From Antedon mediterranea (lineage: Eukaryota > Animalia > Echinodermata): a DNA stretch of 64,000 nucleotides. Positions within the stretch are counted from its first letter, which is position 1. Each line of letters opens with the position of its first letter. Location: the NCBI RefSeq assembly GCF_964355755.1, contig NC_092671.1, forward strand, positions 4,154,001-4,218,000, written 5' to 3'. The position numbers and the translations under genes are program-made. Below the pieces are notes generated by a model that was not told where the DNA came from, did no database searches, and was given only the letters and a program-made list of their open reading frames with translations. Shown piece after piece: positions 12,709 to 25,400 of the stretch.

Positions 12709-13708
12709 ATTTTTGCATTTAATTATTAAAAAACACAGCTGTCAGTTTAGCGCGCGAAATGTTCAAAACAAAATGTTTACAAATCATTCATGCGTGCAAA
12801 AATATGTTGATGCTGCCCTCTATAGTGTGACAACTTTTTTTAGCCCAACCCTCTTTATTTTAGTCTTAGCACTTTTATTTCTTAACATGGAAAAAAAAAG
12901 AAAATTAATAGTTTACAAGCTCAAAAGACATAATTAGTAAATATTCTAAAATCATCTTTTTGATCTAACTTGCAAAAGTAATGTTAAAAAAAAAAAAAAA
13001 AGTGTAAGAGTGTAATTGTAACATGATGTGCAGGGATCACAAAATAAATCAATGAAAAAAAATATCAAGAGAGTCTGATAGAGGGAATGTGATGTTTATT
13101 TTCGATAGATGATTTTTTTATTCTGAAAATAAATTAAAACATCCAGGTATATTTTGGATCTGCAATGAACAATTATTGTTCTCTCAAAGCCGAGACAATT
13201 TGATTGTTATTTCAGTAAGTAGCAATACACAAGTGGGGTGGTGTTATGGAGGGGGAGGGGAGGGGGAATACTGTTGTTGTCTCTATGAAACAGCGTTTTC
13301 AATTATAAGGACAATGAGACTAATAACCAAGTGTATCCAACTTCTTGGCAGAGCCCTTGAAACGGAAGTAAACATCACAACAGAAAATGAAACACAGCAG
13401 TAGGCCAAGCTTTATCATTTTGCAACACTGAATTTTATTCTGAATAAATTACCAGCACAATCACTATGTATAGCATGCACATCTGAAAAAACAATGTAAA
13501 TCACACCAGGTGATGAACATTCTGAAAACTCGCCTAGCAGGATAATATATCCAGGTGCTTTGGAAAAAAAAAGAAACATTATTAATATGAGCTCCCTCTC
13601 TGCTTTTTAAAAGGCTCTGGATGAAGCCCTAACAGGAGTACCCTTACTGGATACACCTAGGCCTACCCTATTATTAAAACGTGATAACCAGCACCACACA
13701 TTGTAAAG

Positions 13709-13833
13709 TAAAGCTCTGTCTACACTATCAAACTTTATGTGATGTGCCCATGGACATGATGATGTCATATCACTACCATGTTTGGGTACATCACATTTTC
13801 TTTGTCAAACTAGTACGATAGTGTAGACAGAGA
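13709..13833. mobile_element. MITE family A
   Basis: AAAGCTCTGTCTACACTATC...GATAGTGTAGACAGAG. Confidence 0.85.
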
Positions 13834-14354
13834 TACGTGTTGAATATTCAACTGTAAAACCACGAAAAAAAGCTAAACTTATTAATTTTGAACCATCAAA
13901 CATAGCCTATTATTTCAAGGTATTTTATACTTTTTAAAGAGCAAATAAAATTAGGCCATATAATATTTAAAGCTTCTAAAGTTTAAGCAATCTGTCATTG
14001 TATCTTTATATATTATTTACATTTATCTATTGACACTGTACAATTTGGAATATTCTTTATAAAGTATGCAAGAATAAAATTATTGTTATAAATTATTTAC
14101 TTTGTTCCAAGTATCAAAATACATTTTTGTACGAAAGAAAGAATTTAGTAATAATTTAGTTTAAAAAGTTAGTTTTAAAACAATAATCACAACACTTGAT
14201 ATGTATTTAATTAATTAATAACATTATTTTAATTGATTTTTTAAGCAGTTTTAATTAAAACATTAAAACAGTAAAAAAAGCGAAGGAGATAAGTAGTTTT
14301 TTGTTTCAATGATAGACCACATGATTTGTAATGCATTTTGAAAATTACAAAATT

Positions 14355-14575
14355 ACAGTATCATAGACAAACTCTGTGATACAGTGCCACATGTGAGGCA
14401 TGTGTCATAAGAACACATTAATGTGTTCATAAGGTAGGTACAGAAGTCCCTTATGATAAATGTGAGACTGTATCATAGAACTATAACGGAAAGATACTGC
14501 CATAATTGCAGATACAGTGGGTACATAATATTAGTCACATGTGATGCTGTATCACAGAATTTTCCTATGAAAAAT
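14355..14575. mobile_element. Dispersed repeat family (CAGTATCATAG[AG]CAAA...CACATGTGA)
   Basis: Related copies at ~32990-33135, 57075-57170 and 60530-60585. Confidence 0.5.
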
Positions 14576-14959
14576 AATTCCAAAATGTTAGATACAGTAT
14601 TGAGAAAATTTGTTAGAGTTATTTTATTTAGTAACTTTGTGGTAGTTAAAGACATTTTATACATAAACTATACATCTTATTTTGATCAATCTTCAACGTT
14701 AAGTTATTTGTTACTATGTTACACTATGATACAGAAAAAATATAGAATTATATATTATATTTTCTGTTTTAAATATAGACATTCATAATGATGTCATCGC
14801 CAAACATACAGCAGTTATTGCGACCTAATTATCAATAGTAACCCAAATACAGAAAACTAATATTATTAAACTAAGAAATAAAAAGAAAACAAATTTTATA
14901 GTAATATAAAAATGAACTAGTAATTGTTTAACAAAATACAAAATTAACTAAATAAAACA

Positions 14960-15290
14960 AATGCAGCATCAGTATAAGATCTGCCAAAATTCTTCTTCAA
15001 CATGTCCAAACAACTGGACTAGTTTCATTGGAAGAATAAAAAAAATAACAAATTACATTTTAGAGAAAATATAATGGAATGGAGATGGACTGGAAACACA
15101 CACAGAACAGACAAGATGTATATAGTTATTGAGTGGCAGAAAAAAAACTGGATGATAATGACAAGAAAAAGATGGGTCTATGACATCAAGAAATATTGTA
15201 TAGTAAGAAAAAGATGGGAAAACTATGGAGGAAGGATTTATACAGCAATAATGGGTGAAATAGCCTCATAATATAGATGATAAAAGACAA
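14960..15290 (+). mobile_element. Decayed RTE-clade LINE 3' fragment
   Basis: Peptide remnants WRWTG..HRTDK...VIEWQ...RKRWVYDIKK resemble the RTE ORF C-terminus (KWRWAGH..R..DNRW..EW..RW.DDI). Confidence 0.55.
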
Positions 15291-16489
15291 TAAGTGAAAA
15301 CAAGTTATGTCCAAATTATGAAGTTGGTGCAAAATTAAGCTAAAACAAGTAGACGTATTTAAATAATATATATGAAGTATCACACACAATATTAAATAAA
15401 TAAATAAGTTTGGCTGATTAAGGCCATTGTAAGTAGATAAATAAATTATTTTAAAATTATTATACAAAAAAAATTGTATCCAAGAAATTTAAGAATGATT
15501 ATCCTATTCAAGATTTTATGTTTAAATTGATCAACAATTTTAAACAATTTATTTTATTATTACTGGCATTATAAAAATAAAAACATATCGAGTGAGAGAA
15601 AAGCCAAGTGGTGATAGGAACTCATAGCTGTTTCTATTGCATGGGTTCATGGCTGAGACTTGCTCTATGATTCTCATACAAACAGTATAAGCCTACTGTA
15701 CGTTTGCCCTAAAAACACCTACTGTGATACATTATTTGAAATTAGTAGGGAGTTGGGTAGCCGAGTGGTTATAGTACCAAGAAAGACCTGGTATCTATTC
15801 CACCTTAAGCAATCCAAATGAAACGTTGAAGAAATGTCTGATTTTATTATGGTATTCAACAGGATAATTTCCGACAAGTACAATGTCAAACTATCTGTTT
15901 CACAGACAATAACTTATGTTCTACACGCAAAGCATACACAATTAGTAATTGTATCATTATTATTTTGATTTTTAAAAAAGGAATGGTTTGTTAACGTAGA
16001 AAAGTATAAAAGTTCAGATAAAATTATATAAAATAGAGCTTATAAAATAATAATACTGAATATAAACTAAAATCAGCTGAAAGTAAGATTGCAATTTAAC
16101 TAAAATTTATTATTTAACACAAAAATAGAAAATTGTTGTTCATCTTCGTCATCAAAAACACTATGTTGGTTAAATTAAATATGCAAAAATAGTATCAAGT
16201 ACAGCTTGAGGTCGTCAAGATCTTCAATTATAAAAGATTGGCTCACATTGTAGAGAACAATGATTTGTATGTACTGAACAGCATGTATTTAAGTTTCCAC
16301 CACTGCACAAGTAGAGCACACCATATACTTGAATACTATTCTAAACACAAATTAAGACTTGGCAGCAATTTTATGAAGTCTTTCCACGACAAAACTGGTG
16401 GTAACTGAGAAAGAACAAACAAAAAATGAGAAATTTTGATACAGTACAGCCTGAGGTTGATCTTTGAACCCAGCTTAAGTAACATACCG

Positions 16490-19400
16490 CTACGAAGTCT
16501 CCGACAGACTAACTTTCACTTGGCATTGAAGATAACTAAGCGCTGACCAAAATTGAGTGACAGTGAACCCATGCTGGTTGATCTCAAGGAACGGCGGCAT
16601 GTAGTCTTGCAAGAACGCGAGGTGGTAGTAGAGCTTGGCCACAAGTCGTGGATCACCATGAAGCAGGAATAGTATTAAAGCTGTCAAAAGATCTTCACCA
16701 CTCAACATATGAGTTTTACCACCTACTGAGAACAAAGCAAACAAAAGAAAAGTCTTAAGTATAAATCTCTATTTAAATATCAATTGCAGGAGAACACCTA
16801 TTAAGGGGACACCTTGATAGGGGTCCCTGGAATAGATGTGTTTTCCATTGTATTGTTTATAGGATTCTTTCTGGTTTGATAACTACTAAATTTCAATGAC
16901 AAGTTAAGTCACATTTCTTTCTTTTTAGACAATTCTTCAATTTCAATGACATTTAAGTCATATTATTCCATTATATTTCAAAGTCATGTCAAAGATGAAC
17001 TCAATTCTTTTTGTAAAAATCTCAAAGTTAATGACATTTCAAGTAACATTATTTCTTTCTTTGTGGACAATTCTTAAATTAAAATGACAATTGAAGTGGC
17101 ATTTTTTTCTTTCTAGAACTTAAATTTCTATGGCAATTTCAAATCATGTTGTTTTCTTCTTTGTGATTGATCCTTAATTATTTTCAATGAAATCACCTTT
17201 CTTTCTCTTTGCAAGAATTGTTAAATTTCATTGATATTTAAAGTTACATTTCTCTATTTGTAAATTATCAAGTCACATTTCGTTTCTTGCACAATTCTGC
17301 AATATGCTGCAGAAACATTTACTTACAAGAGATTTGCTTAGATTTTCGTTCAGCAACAGTATTCACTTCCTTTATACACCTATACAACCATTGGAGTTTG
17401 GAGACAGGTACTCTGTCCTCGACAGCAAGGCTTAAGTACTGAAAAGCGGTTCCATAACATTCAAGAAATTCCGTCAGATCAATACCATCTCTTTGTCGCG
17501 GCATCGATTGTGGAATCTCTCTTAATAATATACCAGACAAAGAAATTGGTCCATTAGGTTGATGATCGTTATAAAAAGTTGAATGTTTTAGTTTCAATGG
17601 TTTGTGTGAATTTTGGTTACAGAGTTCATTGTTTAAACGTTCACAAAAAACACCAGAATCGTCTGTTATACCATCATCCGTAGTTACTGGCGTTATCACT
17701 ATTCTTGAGAGAAGAGTGCTTCCACCGTTCATTTTATCTTTCTGACTCAATGAAGGGTATGTCCTTTCTGGAGACACTAGTCTCTCCTTACCAGTAGAGT
17801 TAATTTGGAGGCCAACACCAACGGGTAGAGTTGCACTCATAGTTGGAACATACATTCCGTCGATAATAGCGCTACTTCGATTTGCTCGAGATTTGCGTTT
17901 TTCAGATTTTGGTTCAGAAAGTAAATTTGATTCAGGAGGCGATATCGAGGACGTTCTACTGATAGTGCCTGTACTGACTTGTGAATCCTCTCTACGCAGA
18001 GTTGACCTGGCAGACGGTGGGTCATCAGTCATGCTAATGCCAGACTCGCATCGTTGAGGCAACCTTGTCTTTTCCGGGTTGCGTCCACGTCTTTTTTCAG
18101 GAGATTTGTCTTCTTTGTTTGTTCGATAAAGTCCCATAATGTTCAGAATCCAAGCATCAGTCATCTGCAATGAGTCTAGGCTTGCTTGGCTCAAAATGAT
18201 CTGCAGTAGATTGGTTTTGCTGTTGTACGCTTTCTGAAAAAAAAAAAAATAATTGTAACAATTTTAAACTTAAACAATTTTAAACTTTTCCATTTTATCA
18301 CATGTTTTAATTTTTAATTGTTACCATGATTTCCCTAATAGACTTGGTTTTGAATTCTCAAAAATAAAATCATTCACACAGTCTATATGTAGATTTCAAC
18401 ATTTTGGGTCATTTTATAAATTTAAATTTACTGAAAAAATTATCAAAAAGCTTTGGTAAACATTAAAAAATGCATGCAATTTTTGACTTTTAATTACTAA
18501 ATACTAATTGTTGTAAGATATCTATATACCAATATTGAATTTATAAATTCTTACTTCATATAGGTCCAAAATGGACCTGCTGGTGAGGTGAAAGAAACAT
18601 CGTTCATAACTTGTCCAAAGTCTTGAACGATTTCTTGATTGGATGTCTAAATCTTCCATCAAACTTTCCACAACCTGAAATGATGCAAAAACGGATTTAT
18701 TCTCCAACCCAATCTAACAGTTCTTCTTCTCCCTCAATATATAGGCACCTTACTTTTGGAATCTTTTACAGAAGAACTTCTATTAGTAAGGGGACACCTT
18801 CAAGACCCTTAATATCCTTTATCCTGAATATCGATGGCTGCTACGTGTTCAAACATATATTGCCTTCACTTTTTTTATAAGAAGGGATTTCCCTTAACAA
18901 GGGATCTACTGTAATTTGAAATCTTTTTTATTTAAACAAAAATTGATTTAGCCAGGTTTAAATTTATTCAGCATTTTCCTTTGATATTGATGTTTGAATC
19001 AGTGCATTACGACTAATATTATTATCATTAGTGTATAGAAAGTTATCTACCTAGAAACGTAAAGAAAGCTAATGTCAAAGATCCGTTTTTAATAGATCTT
19101 TCCAACAGTTGTTCTAGAACAATTGCAATAAATAACCTACTATTTAATTTTTTATTTTATTTTTACTTTTGAAAGGCCAAGGACAAAATATTAATTAATA
19201 AAGTAATTCCCTTATAATCTGTGGTTTCTTTATTTTTCCCAAATTAATAATGTATAATATAAAATTTAAAAGAAAATGAAATTGATAGAATTATGCAGAA
19301 ATAAAAACCAAGCACCTCGATATTAGATTATTATTTGTAAGAGAAAGGTACAAAAAATCTACACATCAGGAAATTTAGTAATAGATATTTAATTTGATGC

Positions 19401-22400
19401 GTTAACATTCTATATATTTATTTAATAGATATTAATTTTTCATTTAATAATTTTAATGATACTCAAAAATTGAACCCTAGAAAAGAGATAAGCATAGTTA
19501 TTTATTAGTTTAAAAGATGTTTTAAAAATAGTTAAATAATTTATTAAAAAATGTTTGTCTCTTATTTTATCTCACAATGTACATTGCATTGTGGGATAGT
19601 TATATAACTTTAAAATATTAATATTATTGCCACCAAAATGGAACAAGATATTTATGTATAACACTCATTTCAATCAATCATGATTTAAAAGCATTTTGGC
19701 ACAAATTGTATGATAACTGTGCATTATAGTATAAAGTGCTACAGAAAGTATACTATAATATAGTGGACTTACAATATTTATTGTTATATTTCTGAACAAA
19801 AATTAGATAATTAATTACTCACTTTATCATAACCTTTTTGCTTGTCATCAGTTAAATTTTCTAGTTGTTCATACATCGTGTTACCACTAATGATCTTAAT
19901 TGAAAATTACAAACATGCAATTGAAAACATGCAAAAAAAGGTGATGGGTTAGTATTGTAAACATAGCGTGCTTTTAGATAAAAAAAAGGCAAAATGCATG
20001 TGTGGATAATCTCTACACATTACACTGGCGCAGGTATAAGCTCGCAACCTCGGGTATAAGTCTATCTGCTACATTTGATAGTTAAATAGGCACTTGCGTC
20101 CAGCATTTTATTCTGTATCCAGAATAAAATACTAGACCTAGCTGTAGGTCTAGCTTAGCCTAGATCTGAATTTGTTATAATATATAAAAGTTTATAATAT
20201 ATCTCTTCAAAAATATATATTGCTTGTTAGTATTTTGTATCAATATTATAAATAAGAAAGAATTATGAAATTCCTAGTTGTAGTTTTTAAAAATTAGGTT
20301 AAAAATAGTTTTTTGCAACAAACATTTTTGCGTCTTCAGTTGGAGAATTATGAACATTTGTACCATATATGAAGTTTGTTATTGGAACATTAGTATTTGA
20401 CAATTAATTGTAAAGCTCTATCTAGTACACTATCAAACTTTATGTGACAACAAAATGTGATGATGTCACTACCATATTTGGGCACATTACACTTTTTTTA
20501 TAGTGTAGATAGAGCTTTAAAATAGATATTTTTTCACTCTCTTAATTATCAATTTACCTTCTCAAAATGATGTCGAACATCTTTTTTAATCTTTTTCGTG
20601 ATGCCTTTCAAATGTTCCTCGGGCATGCGATCATGGATTTTGCTTAACATACGTTGTACGGCCGGCGGCGAATGCGAAGTAGGAGAGCTGGCACCGCCTG
20701 CGCTATCTGAGTTAACCTTTCGGTAAAAACAAAAGTAATTAATTTATCGAGTCCGACACATGGTCAAATGAACAATAGTTATGGAGATAACAATCAAAGT
20801 TGGCTTGTTTCAAAGGCAATTATTAATATTTATATAGATTTTAAATTTTTCATGTACTCAGGGGTAAAGATCAGATCAGTGTTAAATCTAAAGTAAAAGT
20901 ATAGTCCATGCAAACAGTACAATTAAAACTACCCTAGATTTTTTTCAGCATCTTAACTTTAATATGCCATTATTTGTTCAATGTGTAAAAAAACAAATAA
21001 TTTTAAAAAGTAGCCAGCCATTATAGACCAATTTAAACATGAGCGGTAAACAGTGAGTAGAAAAGAAAAATATAGATTGTATGTAATTTATGACCATGTA
21101 TTTACACACAAAAACAGAGCGGATGGGCGGTTGAGCAGAATCTGCTCTGGATAGATACAGAATCTAAATGGAATTAATAAGTTATACGGGTTACAGCTCG
21201 TCTGTGTAAATTGGCTTTTATGTGTTCCCAGATCACCTTCCTTGTATTTAAAAATTCTAACAATTTTATTTTTTTATATGTCACTTTCATTTTTATCCAT
21301 TATTGTTCTAATGAATTTGAAATTAATCAAACATTTTGGAAAATAAAAATTAAAGATATCTGACCTGGACAGGAATAGGTCGTGAAAGGTCAATAGACTG
21401 TCTGATCCATTCGTCACCACCGCTGCACGCCACACGGCATTCTTCGTTCACGGAATTACAAAATAAGAGATGAACATGGCTTAAGTTAAACGAATCATCT
21501 TCAAACAGCTAAAAAAGATAAAAAATAAATATTGTATTAAAAATACTGTAATACAATCACAATCATCATGATCATGTTTTTCCAAATTTTTTTAAAATTC
21601 ATATTTTATCATATTTTAATAAACAATTATTTTAAGAATTATTTTGCTGATTCAAAAATCAGCAGAATAATTGTTGTTGTCACCACAATTGCTGTTTAAA
21701 ATATCAATTTATGATAATTGTAGTTGTCATTAATATAGAATACAATTTGTTCATGACTTGCTCAAATTAATGTTAACCTACATCCAATAATGTGTTTTAA
21801 TTAATTTTACGTGTAGATTAGGAGTTTTAAGGCAGCATGAAGGTTTTTCCAAACCCCCAAACACCTCTATACCCATCACCCTTCCCCCCAACACAGCACA
21901 ATCTTCTATCATACAGGACTGATATGACATTTATGTAACCTTCGTCTCATTTAAATTTGTTCTGCTTGTAAGGTCAAGATTATAAATATTATTAAATAAA
22001 ATTGAGCAGTATTCAAAATATGTCTACAGCCATTGGCTCCATGTGGACATGTTATTTTTATTGACCTACAATCGCACTATACGCAAATTTAACATGTGAC
22101 AGACCTAAAATGAGCATGTGACTGTATGTGAGCTGTCGTCAACCTTTGCTGACAATAACGCGATGAAAGGAAAAGTTATGACTTTGCATGAATTAGAAGA
22201 AAGACGAGTTCACATTTGCAATGAATCAAGGGGCCTGTAAGTATCCAACAGCATTTCTGCTAAGTTTGTGTTCGAAAAAAACATGTTTAAATACCGTATG
22301 TGGTGGACACAAAAAACATTAATTACCTAAATGCACTCAAAGGTCAACAAAGTAATTGTGCATTGTAGCTAAAAGTTTCAGAGCAATCCCGTTAAATGGT

Positions 22401-25400
22401 GCTCAAATTAATGGTGGGTGGTTTTTTTTTTTTAACGTTATTTTTTTAATGTGATTTAACCAGTTGTTTGAAATTTCTGCCCCGCCTCTTCTGCCAAGCA
22501 ATCTACATTCTGTTGTGTCATTTTATTGTTTCAAAAGTTTGTTGAACCTACCGTAGTTACTTGCGTCTGTAATGTCTCCCATTCTTTTGGGTAACTTCCA
22601 GGTAATAGAACTATAAATAGAAGAGAAAAAAATCATACTATAAAAATCAGTTCTCAAAAGATGTGTGCTCAAAGTTTTTTATGGAAGAGTTACATACATA
22701 CCTATATCTTGTTTAGTTTCTATGTTATTATCATCCTTATTTATTATTATTTATTCAGGCAAAAGATTTTACAAAATATAATACAAATCAACAAAAACTA
22801 ACATGCAAGGAGAAAAATAAAATCATAATCACTAGCTGCCAGGAAAGCACAAAAGCAGTCTGAGGTATTGTCACCAATGAGAGAGATAAGAGAGATGCAG
22901 CTTTGAAATTAATCATTACTGCGTTCAGAAAATATCTTTTTGGAAAAGGAAGGAGGGAGAGGGAGGGGTGGGGAAAGGGAGTGGTTGAGGAAGGGATTAT
23001 CACAATAAAATACATTTTCATTTTTCCATTCAAGCCAAAAGATTTAAAAATGGACACATCTGGAACAATTTTGCTGAGTAAGTAAATAAAAATTTGCGGA
23101 TCTAAAGGAAGATGTCCGGATTAAATGACTTACTATCAGTGGATCTGCCAACACCACCAACGCTGTGTTCAAATCCAACGCTATCCTTTCCTTCCTTTAA
23201 TTCTTTCAATGTATTCACAAGGGCTTCACGGATACTTGTTGCACAAACCTATGAAAAAATAAATATATAAATGTAACCAACAAAATAAAATATACAATGC
23301 AGTAGAAGCTCTATTAAGGTGAAACTTTCAACCAGCGTGTCTGTTTAACTTTATGCTAAAATTTATATTTCCCCCTCTTCCTTTCACAGGAAATGTCCAC
23401 TTAAATGTGTTTACTCAATAGGGGTATCCAAAAGCAGATGTGCTACTGTAATTCATATACAATATGCAGCCACATGCCATATTCTATTTAAATTCAATTT
23501 TATAGGAAATGTCAAAGGTACAAGTTCAAAGGTCAAAAGAATGATATATAATTAAAACAATGCTAGAATAAATGAGTTCATTAATGGGTTTATTGACTAC
23601 AGATGAATGAGAAAACTGTGAAAGTATTATACAGTAATCATTTTCTTGGAGTAAATAACTTCAATTTAAAATAACCTTTCACTTTCAAGAAATCATAATA
23701 ATATAGAGTATAAGGTGTTGTGAAATTGATTTAGTTTTCATAATAATTAGATTGTAATACTTTAACACGTTGAAGTTCTTCAAGCTGCTTTCGCAGTCGT
23801 TTCCAATCGTGCTGTGTTTTCAGATAAGCCTCTTCTGTGGGACTCAGCTGTTGAAATAAACAGAAACAAATTTAACAGATAAATTAATATGTGTGTGATA
23901 TTAGTTTAGATCATACTCAAGTTATTAATGAGTATAAGTCCACTCTTGAGTATAAGGGATCCTACAGTAAATAACATTCCACTCTCAAATATACAGTAAG
24001 TCTACTCTCATTTCTTAAGTATAAGCCTTTATACTAAGAATGAGTTCAATGCTTAAGTAGGCTTATAAGCCCACTCTCTTAAGTATAAGTACACTCTTAA
24101 ATATAAGTCCACTCTCAATAAGAGCCCACACTCAATAAGTACACTCTTAAGTATAAGCCCAACCTCAAATATGAGCCCACTCTCAATTGTAAGTACACTT
24201 TTAATTATAAGTTCACTCTCAAGTATGAGCCCACTCTTAAGTATAAGTACACATTGAAGTATTAAAGCCCATTCTTTACTATAAATAGGACTTCTCAAGT
24301 TAAGTCACTCTCCAATATAAAACCTACCATCAGTATTACTCAATCTCTGGTATGAGTCTATACTCTTAAGATGTGCTTATCTTGATATGGTATGTCAAAA
24401 TGTAAAATGCTTCATGATTTGTTATCAAGGTTTAAAAAAAGATATATTATCAAATACAGAATGTATCTACCTACTGTACTTTGGTTATGATTTTTATTAT
24501 TTAATGGAGCCTACAAATGATATTTCATATTACATAATTTGATAATATATAAAACCCAATTTCTTTCTGGGCCTAAATGGCCTTGTAAAAACAGAATATT
24601 TTAATTTATAAAACATGATGATATCAAACCAATGTGGAGAAATTCCAAATAGGTTAATGATACCAGATTATTGGAGACAGGAGTCGAATGGGTAAATTAA
24701 TGTAATTAAACTTCATATGTAAAAGAACATTGCAGCTGGTAAAAATTATGTCACCATTGAAAACTTGGGTTTATTGGCACATAATTGCTGGACAATGGAT
24801 TACATATTCAGTATGCATGTCAAATTAATAGCATGTAGCAGTTTAATTTAGTTTCAACAGTTGAAACAATGAGGCAATTGTAGGGCTTTTCTCCTATAAA
24901 CTCTGAAAGCAGTTTGGTTTTCACATGTGTATACAGTATGTAAATGAATAAAAATATTCACAGTAGAACCCTTATTAAGCAGACACCTTCGGGCCAAAAA
25001 CGTCTCCCTTTAAGAGGTGTCTCTAATTAATAGTTAAAGGTAAAAGGTAAAGGTAATTATCTGAGTCCTCAAGCTTAACTGGAAACTAAAGAGATTCGGA
25101 TTAGGCCCTCTACGGACCCACGGCAGCCAGCAGTGCAGCGCCTACCAGATCAGCACACCGGGAGACGATCCCCTACTCTTTTCAATAGTGTACCAAGTTC
25201 TTTAACGTGCACTGTTAAGTACACGGGACCAACGGCTTTACATCCCATCCAAAGGACGAGGCAATGAGAGTTGCCCATTATAGTGTATGAACATATATTG
25301 TGATCCTTGGTGTGATGCTTGAATACACAAAAATGAGGAGTTTAATAAGAAAATAATAGATCCCTCTCTGGAATATTATATCATATTAATCAATTATTTT

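Noticed and set aside
13410-13560. Possible minus-strand coding exon after TTTTTCCAAAG
   Set aside because: Short open frame with no recognisable similarity; may be UTR or intergenic.
24053-24298. Repetitive ORFs here and at 26398-26745 and 41822-42058
   Set aside because: Read-through of intronic minisatellites; no splice support or recognisable domain.
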